NCBI GenBank assembly: GCA_017405595.1
Contig: JAFRAC010000005.1
Span: forward strand, 46,131 to 110,130
Origin: Thermoguttaceae bacterium
GTDB taxonomy: Bacteria; Planctomycetota; Planctomycetia; Pirellulales; Thermoguttaceae
Length of the DNA: 64,000 nt
Direction: 5' to 3'
A program made the translations under genes and the position numbers. Below the pieces are notes generated by a model, which was given only the letters and a program-made list of their open reading frames with translations, made no database searches and was not told where the DNA came from. Below, in pieces: positions 46,645-56,172 of the stretch (positions are counted from its first letter, which is position 1; each line of letters opens with the position of its first letter).

Positions 46645-48899
46645 CGTATCATCCTCCAGCTTTTGTGAATATGTTTGTTCCGGAACTCTTCCGGAACGGT
46701 TCGGTGGGAAATTTCTCTGATTTGGTAGAGGTCGGTTAACGAATCCTCGTCCAGCTTAAAGTGCCGGAAGTTGTTCGAGAAGTAGACAACGCCGCCGGGA
46801 GTGATCAGCCCGGCAAGGAGACGAAGCAGTTCAACGTGCCGGCGGCGGACATCCCAATCCGATTCGGTCGATTTGCTGTTCGAGAAGGTCGGCGGGTCGC
46901 AGACACACAGATCGAACGGTTCCGTGATTCCGTAAAGATCGGGGTTTAAAAGGAATTTCATCACATCGGCGCGGATAAAGCGGTGATCCCCCGTCAGGCC
47001 GTTCATCTTGAGATTCGCTTCCGCCCATTCGAGGTAACGGGGCGAAAGATCGACCGAGACCGTTGCCGTTGCGCCCCCGTCGGCGGCGTAGCAGGTGAAC
47101 GATCCTGTATAGCAAAAAAGATTGAGGAAACGTTTTCCCGCCGATTGATCGCGGATCATCCCGCGTGTGAGCCGATGATCGAGGAAAAGTCCGGTGTCGA
47201 GGTAATCGGTCATATTGCAGCGAAACGAAAGTCCCCCCTCGTGCGCGGTGATGAACAGGCCTCTCTGGCTAAGCTTTTCATATTGAGAGGATCCCTTTTG
47301 ACGCGTTCGCCGCTTGAGAAAGATGTTTTCCGGTTCGATTCCGAGCGTTTCGGCAGCCGCGGCGGCCATCCGGTCGAGCCAGAGACGGTGTACTCCCGCT
47401 GTGCGGCCGTCGGGCCGTTCGAACTCGGCAATATGCAGGTATTTCCCTTCGTAAATATCGATGACGAGAGGGACCTCCGGAAAATCGCGTTCGTAGAGCC
47501 GGTAACAGGTGATTCCCCGTTTGGGGTAATTCCGCAAATGGCGGGCACGGTTTGCCAGGCAGCGGCTGAACTGGCGTGCTTGATATTCAGCGTAATCGTC
47601 GAGCCCCCCGAATACCGGTTTGGACGGGGGAAGCGTTTGAGTGTTTTCTGAGGAACTTTGATTCTCCGCGGCACTGACAGGTTCTGCGTTATGGACGGAT
47701 TGTTCGGAGGCGGCGGCGGAAGATTCTGTTTCGGGAATTTCCGCATCCGGAAGAGCCGCCCGGCGGGGCGGTTTCGGCCCGAGAAACTGAAAGTAGGTGC
47801 ATTCGATTCGCCCGTTGTAGATCTTTCGCCGGCGGGTTGCCTTTTGCCCGATGAGCGATTCAAAATCGGTCCAGGCGGTAAAGATGAAATGACTCCAGGA
47901 GGGGAGCCGGGAAAGGACGGCGGGGATCGATTCATAGAGGGGGCGAAGCGCGTCCTTTTCGCCAAGGCGTTCGCCGTAGGGGGGATTCGTAATAACGCAG
48001 CCGTATTCCCGGGAATCGTTCAAATGTAAAAAATCGCCGGTTTCGAAATCGATGTCATTTTCGACACCGGCGCGCTGAGCGTGATAGCGGGCGTATTTGA
48101 CCGCTTCGGGGTCGATATCGATGCCGCGCAGCCGTTCAGGGAGGGAAGGGAGTATTTGCGCCCGCGCTTCTTCGCGCGTCTCTTTCCAAAGACCGGCAGG
48201 GAAAAGAGGCCAGCTTTGCGCGTCAAATTCGCGAGTGAGTCCGGGGGCGATTCGGCGGCCGCGCATTGCCGCTTCGATCAGGATTGTGCCGGAACCGCAA
48301 AACGGATCGAGTAAGGGACGCCCGGGGGTCCAGACCGAAAGAGCGACGAGCGCCGCGGCAAGCGTCTCGCGCAAAGGAGCCGCGGCGTTGAGAAGACGAT
48401 AACCCCGCCGGTGAAGCCCCCGCCCGGTGCTGTTGAGCGTGAGGCTGGCACGGTCTTTGCAAACCGAGAGTTCGACAGAGTAACTTGTTCCTGTTTCGGG
48501 AAGCCGGCCGAGGTGATAGGCTCGGCAAAGGCGGTTGGAAATCCCTTTTTTCACAATACGCTGAAGAGCCGGAACACTGGTAATGGTCGAGTGAACGGAA
48601 CGGGCTTCGACCGTGACCTCAGCCTCGCGGGGCATCCATTCTTCCCACGGGACCGAGTCGACGGCGTCAAAAAGGACTTCAAAATCGTTTCTCAGTTCGA
48701 AATTCGCCAGCTCAATCAGAACTTTTCCCGCGGTACGCAGGTGAATATTGGCACGAACCACGTCGCGTTCGGTGCCGCGGAAGAGAGTTCGTCCGGCAAC
48801 GGAATCGGAGTTGTGCGGATCAAGTCCGAGCTCTTTGAGTTCTCGGGCGGTAACCGCCTCGAGCCCCATCACCGAGGTGGCGATTAAATTCAGTTCCAT
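46617..48899 (-). CDS. rlmL: Bifunctional 23S rRNA (m2G2445 / m7G2069) methyltransferase RlmKL
   Basis: N-terminal THUMP region, SAM motif DPFCGSGT, motif IV NPPYGERLG, and a second C-terminal methyltransferase with DPPTFSNSK. A serine/glutamate-rich linker joins the halves. Overlaps the rhaM start by 28 nt. Confidence 0.88.
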   Translation of the reverse strand: MELNLIATSVMGLEAVTARELKELGLDPHNSDSVAGRTLFRGTERDVVRANIHLRTAGKVLIELANFELRNDFEVLFDAVDSVPWEEWMPREAEVTVEARSVHSTITSVPALQRIVKKGISNRLCRAYHLGRLPETGTSYSVELSVCKDRASLTLNSTGRGLHRRGYRLLNAAAPLRETLAAALVALSVWTPGRPLLDPFCGSGTILIEAAMRGRRIAPGLTREFDAQSWPLFPAGLWKETREEARAQILPSLPERLRGIDIDPEAVKYARYHAQRAGVENDIDFETGDFLHLNDSREYGCVITNPPYGERLGEKDALRPLYESIPAVLSRLPSWSHFIFTAWTDFESLIGQKATRRRKIYNGRIECTYFQFLGPKPPRRAALPDAEIPETESSAAASEQSVHNAEPVSAAENQSSSENTQTLPPSKPVFGGLDDYAEYQARQFSRCLANRARHLRNYPKRGITCYRLYERDFPEVPLVIDIYEGKYLHIAEFERPDGRTAGVHRLWLDRMAAAAAETLGIEPENIFLKRRTRQKGSSQYEKLSQRGLFITAHEGGLSFRCNMTDYLDTGLFLDHRLTRGMIRDQSAGKRFLNLFCYTGSFTCYAADGGATATVSVDLSPRYLEWAEANLKMNGLTGDHRFIRADVMKFLLNPDLYGITEPFDLCVCDPPTFSNSKSTESDWDVRRRHVELLRLLAGLITPGGVVYFSNNFRHFKLDEDSLTDLYQIREISHRTVPEEFRNKHIHKSWRMIRCASQNAGN

Positions 48900-49153
48900 T
48901 CGCGTTGATTACTGCACTTGTTTCGGTATTCTGTTCAGCAAAAGGGGAAATCTGCTGATGCTGCCGGTAATGGAATTATCGGCGAGTTCCTCTCGGGTGT
49001 CAAGAAGCGGAAAGTGAGAGCGAAAACGGCTGAGGGAGGAATAATTTTGAAAGAGAACGGAGAGGAACTTGTTTTTTCCTCGAGAATGTTGGATAATGAG
49101 TGAGGATCGTTCTTCGACGACCTATTTTACCGGAAATTTTGGAGGGTTTTAAA

Positions 49154-50449
49154 ATGTCTCGATGTTGCTGTCAATCTGAAAAAGTGAAACGCGATGAAGT
49201 GGCCTCTATCCTGGCCGCGGCGATGGAAGCGGGAGAAGGTATCCTGCGCTTGACACCGAACTGGGTTCCCCGTGTTTTCTGCAAGCCTGGCCGCCGAATC
49301 AAGCTCGCGCCGACCGACTGGTACGCGCTCGGCCTGGATCGGGGCGGGATCGACGAACGATGGTTTGGGAGTACGACCGAAGCTGAAAATGCCGGACGCG
49401 CTGATGACGAGGGGCTGAGCTATATCCGCTTTAACGGAAAACGCTTCCTTCTGCGCGACGCTGTCGAAGAGGGGAAGGGGAGTGTTGTCGGTGAAACGAT
49501 GTGGAATCAGTATCACCGGTGGCCGGTCTTCTCGAAGTTCTTCGACAACCTCGGTCCTCTGCCGCACCATATGCATCAGATGGATAAAGACGCCAACCTG
49601 ACGGGGCAGGACGGCAAACCCGAAGCCTACTATTACCCCCCGCAGCTGAATGCCGCCGAAAATCGGTTCGACTACACCTTTATGGGACTGGAACCGGGAA
49701 CGACGAAGGCCCAGGTCCGCAAATGTCTTGAAGATTGGAACAAGGGGGATAACGGCATTCTCGATCTTTCCAAAGCGTACCGCCTGAAACCGGGTACCGG
49801 CTGGGTTGTTCCCGCCGGCGTTCTGCATGCTCCCGGTTCCGTCTGTACCTACGAACCGCAGTGGGGAAGCGATGTGTTCGGTATGTTCCAGTCTCTGACC
49901 GATAAAGACGCGATTTCGTGGGATCTGCTCGTCAAAAACGTTCCCGATGACAAGAAACACGATCTCGACTTCATCGTGGAACAGCTCGACTGGGAAAAGA
50001 ACGTTGACCCGTACTTCAAAGACCATAACTATCTTGAACCGATCGTTGATAAAGCCGCTTCCGACTTTGAAGCCGGTTATGTTGACAAGTGGATTGTCTA
50101 CGGGAAGATCGACGGCAAACAGCGGATCTCGGCCAAAGAACTGACGGTGATGCCGGGCGCGCGCTGCAAACTGACCGATACCGCCGCCAGTTGCTGGATC
50201 ACGACCCAGGGGCGCGGGACGATGGGCAAGCTCGCGATCGAGTCTCCGAACATGATCCATTTCGGCGAAGAGCCCGATGACGAAATCTTCATTACCGCCG
50301 ATGCGGCAAAGAACGGTGTTGAGATCGTCAATACCGGAAACGAGCCGCTTGTCGGTCTGCGCTATTTCGGGCCCGATTCGCATCCGTCCACTCCCGATAT
50401 CGGGGATTACAAAAAGCCCGAAAACCAGTGCTGCTGCTGTAAAAAGTAA
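49154..50449 (+). CDS. Type-I phosphomannose-isomerase-like cupin protein with poly-cysteine termini
   Basis: RBS GGAGGG (49141-49146). KFFDNLGPLPHHMHQ, KPEAYYY and VLHAPGS parallel the PMI blocks (K.LD...LS.Q.HP, K.E.WY, .HA.G.G). The N-terminus is MSRCCC and the C-terminus is QCCCCKK. Confidence 0.55.
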   Translation: MSRCCCQSEKVKRDEVASILAAAMEAGEGILRLTPNWVPRVFCKPGRRIKLAPTDWYALGLDRGGIDERWFGSTTEAENAGRADDEGLSYIRFNGKRFLLRDAVEEGKGSVVGETMWNQYHRWPVFSKFFDNLGPLPHHMHQMDKDANLTGQDGKPEAYYYPPQLNAAENRFDYTFMGLEPGTTKAQVRKCLEDWNKGDNGILDLSKAYRLKPGTGWVVPAGVLHAPGSVCTYEPQWGSDVFGMFQSLTDKDAISWDLLVKNVPDDKKHDLDFIVEQLDWEKNVDPYFKDHNYLEPIVDKAASDFEAGYVDKWIVYGKIDGKQRISAKELTVMPGARCKLTDTAASCWITTQGRGTMGKLAIESPNMIHFGEEPDDEIFITADAAKNGVEIVNTGNEPLVGLRYFGPDSHPSTPDIGDYKKPENQCCCCKK

Positions 50450-50670
50450 ATTTTCTTCCGGCCGAGCGCCTTTAGAAACGGAGTTTTTTAAGGGCGATTG
50501 AACTTGCTCAGGCCGATTTCGAAACAGGAGTCTTGGAGTCGGCTCTGCCGGGAGCCGGTCGGCTTTTGGCCGCCGGCTTGCGGTTTCTGCCGCGCGATGG
50601 CTCTTGTCGTCGAGCGTCTTGCCGGCCCGCAAAAGATCGAAAAGCTTTCTAAAATGATGAAGGTGTATCT

Positions 50671-51507
50671 ATGAAATTACACGGCGCTCTGCTAACATTC
50701 CTTCTTCTTTCGATGTCAGCGGTTCTTGCCGCCAAAGAGGAATGGATTGAAGATATTTACTGCGGCGCCGGTGAAGAGCCGGTCGCTCTCCATGTTCGCA
50801 CGCCCGAGAATCCGGAAGGGATGATTCCCGCGCTGGTGATCTGCCCCGGCGGGGGGTATGCCATGCGCTGCAGCGAACCGGAAGGTTTCGGCATCGCGAA
50901 ATGGCTGAATGAAAACGGTATTGCCGGCTTCATTCTGGATTATCGCCTTCCGGCGGGACGCAAGGATGTTCCCCTTGCCGATGCCCAGCGCGCGATCCGC
51001 TGGGTTCGCACTCACGCCACCGAATATGGTGTCGATCCGAATCGAATCGGGATTATCGGTTTTTCGGCGGGCGGTCATTTGGCCTCGAGCGCGGCAGTCC
51101 ATTTTGACCGCGGGAACCCGAACGCCCCCGATCCGGTCGAACGTGTTTCGTGCCGTCCCGATTTCGCGGTGCTCATCTATCCGGTGATTACGATGGATTC
51201 GGCCCTGACCCATATGGGAACGCGCTCGCAGCTTTTAGGAGAGAGCCCGGCGGAAGACGACGTTTGGTTCTTCTCCTCGGAGAAGCAGATCGGATCGGAA
51301 ACTCCTCCCGTTTTTCTGGCTCATGCCCAAGACGATACGGTGGTTCCTCCGGAGAATAGCGTTCTCTTTGCGGAGCAGATGAAAGTGTTTGGCCGGCCGT
51401 GTGTCTACCTTGAATTGGAAAGCGGCGGTCACGGTCTGAACGGATATAAGGGGCCGAGCTGGGATCGATGGCAGCATGACGCGGCCGAGTGGATTAAAAA
51501 ACAGTAG
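50671..51507 (+). CDS. Secreted alpha/beta-hydrolase esterase (carbohydrate-esterase-like)
   Basis: Signal peptide; oxyanion-hole-type CPGGGY; nucleophile elbow GFSAGGH; late D and H (AQDD..., GGHG). Confidence 0.8.
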   Translation: MKLHGALLTFLLLSMSAVLAAKEEWIEDIYCGAGEEPVALHVRTPENPEGMIPALVICPGGGYAMRCSEPEGFGIAKWLNENGIAGFILDYRLPAGRKDVPLADAQRAIRWVRTHATEYGVDPNRIGIIGFSAGGHLASSAAVHFDRGNPNAPDPVERVSCRPDFAVLIYPVITMDSALTHMGTRSQLLGESPAEDDVWFFSSEKQIGSETPPVFLAHAQDDTVVPPENSVLFAEQMKVFGRPCVYLELESGGHGLNGYKGPSWDRWQHDAAEWIKKQ

Positions 51508-51525
51508 ATAGAAAAGAGTGTTGTC

Positions 51526-52707
51526 ATGAAACAATTCTGTATTCTGACGGTTGCCGTTTTGCTGACCTGTGCGGCGGCATTCGGCTACGAACCGAAATTT
51601 AAAAAGATTGTTGTTTGTGATCATTTCAATTCCGAGGGAGCCGCCGCCGCCGACTTCAATAACGACGGTATTATTGACATTGTCGCGGGGGGAGCCTGGT
51701 ATGAGGGACCCGGTTTTAAAATCTCCCATAAAATTTATGAAAGGGAGAACTTTGATCCGGAGAACTATTCCGATTCCTTCGTGAATTTCGCGGACGACAT
51801 TAACGGTGACGGCTGGACCGACGTTATCGTCTGTCCTTATCCGGGCCATCAGGGCTACTGGTACGAAAACCCCAAAACTTCGGACGGCGCTTGGATCAAA
51901 CATGAGTCGATCGACGAGTTGGGAAATGAGTCGCAGGAATGGACCGATGTTGACGGTGACGGCCGCGCCGACCTCATCTTCAATCAGAACGGCTGGTACG
52001 GATTCGCCAAGTGGGATCCGGCTAAACCCGGCCAGCCGTGGGAATTTATTCCGGTTTCGACAGAAAACGAAAAGTATTTCTGCTTCTTCCATGGCGTCGG
52101 GCATGGCGATATCAACGGCGACGGCCGTGTTGATCTTCTCGAAATGGACGGCTGGTGGGAGCAGCCCGAAAATTACCGTGATCTTCCCTGGACGTTTCAC
52201 CCGTTTAAGTTCTCGGATGCCGCCTCGAACATCCTGGTGATGGATGTCGACGGCGACGGGCTGAATGACGTTGTTACCGCGCATCATTGCCACCTCTACG
52301 GACTCGATTGGTTTAAGCAGGTTCGAAATGAGAACGGAGAAATTTCATTCGAGAGGAATGTCTTGATTCCCGAAGATCCGAGTGATGACTTTTTTCCGAA
52401 AGTGAGCCAGCTCCATTCGATGGCGGCCGCCGATTTTAACGGCGACGGTGTAACTGATTTCGTCACCGGAAAACGCTGGTGGGCGCACGGTTCAAAAGGG
52501 GACATTAACCCGAACGATCCGGCAATTCTGATGTGGTGGGAGGTTCAGCCGGCCGGTTCCGACACGAAAGTGATCCCGCACATTATTGACGAAGATTCCG
52601 GCGTGGGAACTCAGGTTTGGACGAGCGACATCAATGCCGACGGCCGTCCCGATATTCTCGTGAGCAATAAGAAGGGAATTTTTGTCTTTCTTTCCGAAAG
52701 GGACTGA
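51526..52707 (+). CDS. Secreted FG-GAP/VCBS-repeat beta-propeller protein
   Basis: Seven D-x-[ND]-[GA]-D-G-x-x-D calcium-loop repeats (DFNNDGIID, DINGDGWTD, DVDGDGRAD, DINGDGRVD, DVDGDGLND, DFNGDGVTD, DINADGRPD). Confidence 0.85.
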   Translation: MKQFCILTVAVLLTCAAAFGYEPKFKKIVVCDHFNSEGAAAADFNNDGIIDIVAGGAWYEGPGFKISHKIYERENFDPENYSDSFVNFADDINGDGWTDVIVCPYPGHQGYWYENPKTSDGAWIKHESIDELGNESQEWTDVDGDGRADLIFNQNGWYGFAKWDPAKPGQPWEFIPVSTENEKYFCFFHGVGHGDINGDGRVDLLEMDGWWEQPENYRDLPWTFHPFKFSDAASNILVMDVDGDGLNDVVTAHHCHLYGLDWFKQVRNENGEISFERNVLIPEDPSDDFFPKVSQLHSMAAADFNGDGVTDFVTGKRWWAHGSKGDINPNDPAILMWWEVQPAGSDTKVIPHIIDEDSGVGTQVWTSDINADGRPDILVSNKKGIFVFLSERD

Positions 52708-52793
52708 CCTTCGATAGCACACACTCCCAAACATTTCCCCAAAGGTGCGTTCGTTGCCGGGCGCACCTTCTTTTTCCCGGAAAGCCCCGTGCC

Positions 52794-54680
52794 ATGAAAC
52801 GTTTTCTCCCTCTCGCACTGTTGCTGTTTGCCTTTGCCGCTGCCTTTTCCGCTGCCGAAGAACCGGCGCGTCTGAAACGGAAAGACGCCTTTTTCGGCAT
52901 CCATCTCGACTTTCACTGCGGCTTGACCGACCATGTCGGCGCGGGTGTCACCGACGAGATGGTTGACCGCTTCCTCGATGCGGTCAGCCCCGACTTCATT
53001 CAGATCGACTGCAAGGGCCATCCCGGCGTTTCGAGTTACCCAACCAAAGTCGGCAATCCCTGTCCCGATATTACGGGGGATCCTTTACGCGTCTGGCGCC
53101 GAGCGACAGCTGCCCGCGGCGTTTCGCTTTACATGCACTATTCCGGCGTTTGGGATTCCCGCGCCGTCCTGCTTCATCCCGAATGGGCGTGTGTCAACGC
53201 CGACGGCTCCGTTAATTCCAGCATGACATCCCCCTTCGGCGGTTACGTCGATGAACTGATGATTCCGCAGATCAAAGAGCTGGCGCTCGATTACGGTGTT
53301 GACGGCGTCTGGGTTGACGGCGAGTGCTGGGCGGCGGTTCCCGACTATGGTCCGGCGGCGGTCGAAGCATTCAAAAGGGAAACCGGCCTCGATGCGGTTC
53401 CGAAATCGAAAGACGAGCCGAACTGGGCTGAGTGGATGAACTTTCACCGCGATGCGTTCCGCCATCGTCTGCGCCATTGGGTCAATGCCCTTCACGAAGC
53501 GGCGCCCGATTTTGAAATCGCCAGCAACTGGGCTTTTACCGACCACATGCCCGAACCGGTTTCGGCCGATGTCAGCTTCATTTCGGGGGACTTCACCCCC
53601 GCAAACAGCGTCGACGATGTCCGCCAGACAGCCCGCTTTATTGCCTCGCAGGGGCAGCCCTGGGATCTGATGGCATGGAGTTTCGCCCGTAAAGCCGAAG
53701 AACCGAAAGGCCCCTGGTATCCGAAAGGAACCCCTCAGTTAATGCGCGAAGCGGCCTGCGTCCTCTCCCAGGGGGGCGGATTCCAGAACTACTATCCGCA
53801 GAACCGGGACGGAAGCGTTGATATCGAACGTGTCTCGCAAATGGGCGAGATCGGCCGTTTCTGCCGCGCCCGCAAACCGTTCTGTTTTCGCTCCTCGGCG
53901 GTTCCCCAGGTCTTTCTGATTATCCCGACCTTCTCGCACTACGACCGGGTCGATCGTCAGGGGAACGGGCTCTTCCCCAACGCGCTTCTCTGGCATCGCG
54001 GACTGAATAACGCCATTCTCGACAACCAGTATTCGCTCGAGGTCGGAACCGACGAGACGTTCAAAAAAGAGGCTGGCCGGTATCCCGCCGCCGCGCTCTG
54101 TCAGTGGGAAACCCTTCCTCCCGGTTTTGTTGACTTTCTGGCCGGTTACGTCGAAAATGGCGGCCGCCTTCTTCTGACCGGAGAAAAGCTCCCGTCCCTT
54201 TTCGGCGAGGCGTTTAAAGACGCCGTATGGCAGTCTTGCGGGCCGGACAACGCGCTCCAAACGGCCGCGTTTGGCAAGGGACTGGTTGTCGTCTGTCCGC
54301 ACGATTTTTCCGAAAAGTATTACGGTCAGCCGAGCGAGGAAGTCCGCGAGCTTGTTGCCGCGGCGATGAATCTGCTTCTTCCCGAACCGGCGGTCGGTGT
54401 CTCCGGCTCGCACGAGGTTGACGTTTCGCTTCGACGCACTCCCGAGGGGAAGCTGACCGTCCACCTGGTCAACATTTCCGGCCCGCACCGGACCGACCCG
54501 TTCTTTAATGACATTCAGCCGATCGGTCCTTTAACCGTTCGGGTCAAAACCGAAACCGCGCCGCAGTCGGTCCGGCTTCAGCCCGCCGATACCGAACTCC
54601 CCTTCGAACGCGGCGCCGACGGCTTTGTCCGGGTCGAAATTCCCCAAATCGGTCTTTACGACATCCTCGTAATCGATTAG
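52794..54680 (+). CDS. Secreted putative TIM-barrel glycoside hydrolase (GHL6 / fucosidase-like; family uncertain)
   Basis: Signal peptide MKRFLPLALLLFAFAAAFSA. FFGIHLDFH..., IQIDCKGHPG and YGVDGVWVDGECW are typical of (beta/alpha)8 glycosidase-like families. Confidence 0.5.
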   Translation: MKRFLPLALLLFAFAAAFSAAEEPARLKRKDAFFGIHLDFHCGLTDHVGAGVTDEMVDRFLDAVSPDFIQIDCKGHPGVSSYPTKVGNPCPDITGDPLRVWRRATAARGVSLYMHYSGVWDSRAVLLHPEWACVNADGSVNSSMTSPFGGYVDELMIPQIKELALDYGVDGVWVDGECWAAVPDYGPAAVEAFKRETGLDAVPKSKDEPNWAEWMNFHRDAFRHRLRHWVNALHEAAPDFEIASNWAFTDHMPEPVSADVSFISGDFTPANSVDDVRQTARFIASQGQPWDLMAWSFARKAEEPKGPWYPKGTPQLMREAACVLSQGGGFQNYYPQNRDGSVDIERVSQMGEIGRFCRARKPFCFRSSAVPQVFLIIPTFSHYDRVDRQGNGLFPNALLWHRGLNNAILDNQYSLEVGTDETFKKEAGRYPAAALCQWETLPPGFVDFLAGYVENGGRLLLTGEKLPSLFGEAFKDAVWQSCGPDNALQTAAFGKGLVVVCPHDFSEKYYGQPSEEVRELVAAAMNLLLPEPAVGVSGSHEVDVSLRRTPEGKLTVHLVNISGPHRTDPFFNDIQPIGPLTVRVKTETAPQSVRLQPADTELPFERGADGFVRVEIPQIGLYDILVID

Positions 54681-54752
54681 ATTCACAGCAGCACAGCGGA
54701 ATATGCCCCCGCTGTATGGCGTACCTCACCCGCAAGGAGCACAAACTTTCCA

Positions 54753-55097
54753 ATGGCAAAAATCGTTCTTGCAGCCGTCGCCCTTCTGGTCTGTTCCAAT
54801 ACCTTTATGACTTACGCCTGGTACGGACATCTCAAGTACCTGAAAGGGCAGTTTTGGTTCTGGGCGGTTTTGATAAGCTGGGGGATCGCGTTTTTTGAAT
54901 ACACACTTCAGGTGCCGGCGAACCGAATCGGTTCCCGGGTTCTGACGGTTCCCCAGCTGAAAATCATTCAGGAAGTGATTGCCCTCTCGGTTTTTATCCC
55001 CTTTTCGATCTTTGTACTCAAACAGAAAATTACGCTCAACTACATCTGGGCGTGCCTGTGCGTTTTGGGAGCGGTTTTTTTTATCTTTCGGGATTAA
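54753..55097 (+). CDS. DMT-superfamily small membrane protein (DUF486)
   Basis: 114 aa with four predicted hydrophobic helices. The N-terminal SNTFMTYAWYGHLKY motif is typical of DUF486. Confidence 0.8.
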   Translation: MAKIVLAAVALLVCSNTFMTYAWYGHLKYLKGQFWFWAVLISWGIAFFEYTLQVPANRIGSRVLTVPQLKIIQEVIALSVFIPFSIFVLKQKITLNYIWACLCVLGAVFFIFRD

Positions 55098-55415
55098 GAG
55101 GCAGCACTCTCTTTCCAACTTTTCCGGATTCGATAAACGATTCTCTTTGCGCAGGCCAGTTAATCGCTATAATCCTTACGCGGTTTTCCAGAAAATGAAG
55201 CTGTTTTGTTCTTTTTCTTGATTTTTTCTGCGGAAAGTTCTAGGTTTTTGTTGAAATCGGGGAGGAAAGAAATCTCTTTGCGCCGCGTTGGCGTAATTTC
55301 CCCTTTACAAGGAATCACTCAAGGAACAGCCGCGAACCGTAAATTTTATCCGTTCCCTTCACAAAAGTTTTTCAAAAAACAGGGGGAACCCGGGTGAAGA
55401 TCCGCGAGGTCATTT

Positions 55416-55943
55416 ATGTCGAAATATTCAGGACTCTTTCTTTCGTTTCTGCTGATTTTTGTATGTTTGTGGATCAATATCAACCGTTTTCCGCAGGTTT
55501 GGGAAATGGTGAACGGTACGGGACATTCTGCCCCCGTTCCCGGAAATTCGCCGGACGAAGACACCCTCGAGACGAATCATGATTCTTCGTCTGACAGCGA
55601 GTCCTTCTATGCCCATATTGCCGGCAACGAGGAACGTTGGCCGAAACCGGTTGTTATCAGTGCAAACCCTTTACCCGCCGGGGAAGACTGGACCAGCGGG
55701 AAAGAATCGGATTTTCAGCAGGTTTCTTATTCCGCGAATCAGTGTTCCGCCGAAACGGTGAGCGATGGCGATTCCGAGGAAGATGCGGCTTTGGATGTTT
55801 CCGGGGAGGATTCGCAAACCGAAGAACCGGAGGAAGGGCAAACTGCTGACGAAGTGAAGGTCCATTCCTCGTATATGGCAGCCGAATTTTCCGAAGATTC
55901 AAGCCCTCTCAGCCCTGAATCCCCAAGCTACGAGGTTCCCTAG
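55416..55943 (+). CDS. Hypothetical membrane-anchored, highly acidic S/D/E-rich protein
   Basis: GAGG RBS 6 nt upstream. One N-terminal hydrophobic helix (LFLSFLLIFVCLWI), then a low-complexity acidic tail. No recognisable family. Confidence 0.45.
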   Translation: MSKYSGLFLSFLLIFVCLWININRFPQVWEMVNGTGHSAPVPGNSPDEDTLETNHDSSSDSESFYAHIAGNEERWPKPVVISANPLPAGEDWTSGKESDFQQVSYSANQCSAETVSDGDSEEDAALDVSGEDSQTEEPEEGQTADEVKVHSSYMAAEFSEDSSPLSPESPSYEVP

Positions 55944-56172
55944 TTCTCCGGCGGGAAGACCCTCGCAGTTTAAAAGCTGGCTCTTTTTTTCCCTTTTTTC
56001 CCTATTTATAATGTTGCCGGGGATTACGTTTGCGGGTTAAAGGCAAGCGATTTGCCCCCGGAAAAGGAATCCGCATCTCTTACCGATGCATTGCGGATGC
56101 GGGATCGGGTTTTCTTTCCGGCAGGGAAAACGCCCACGGGTCCGGCGATTCATCAAAAGATTTGGCTTTCCT

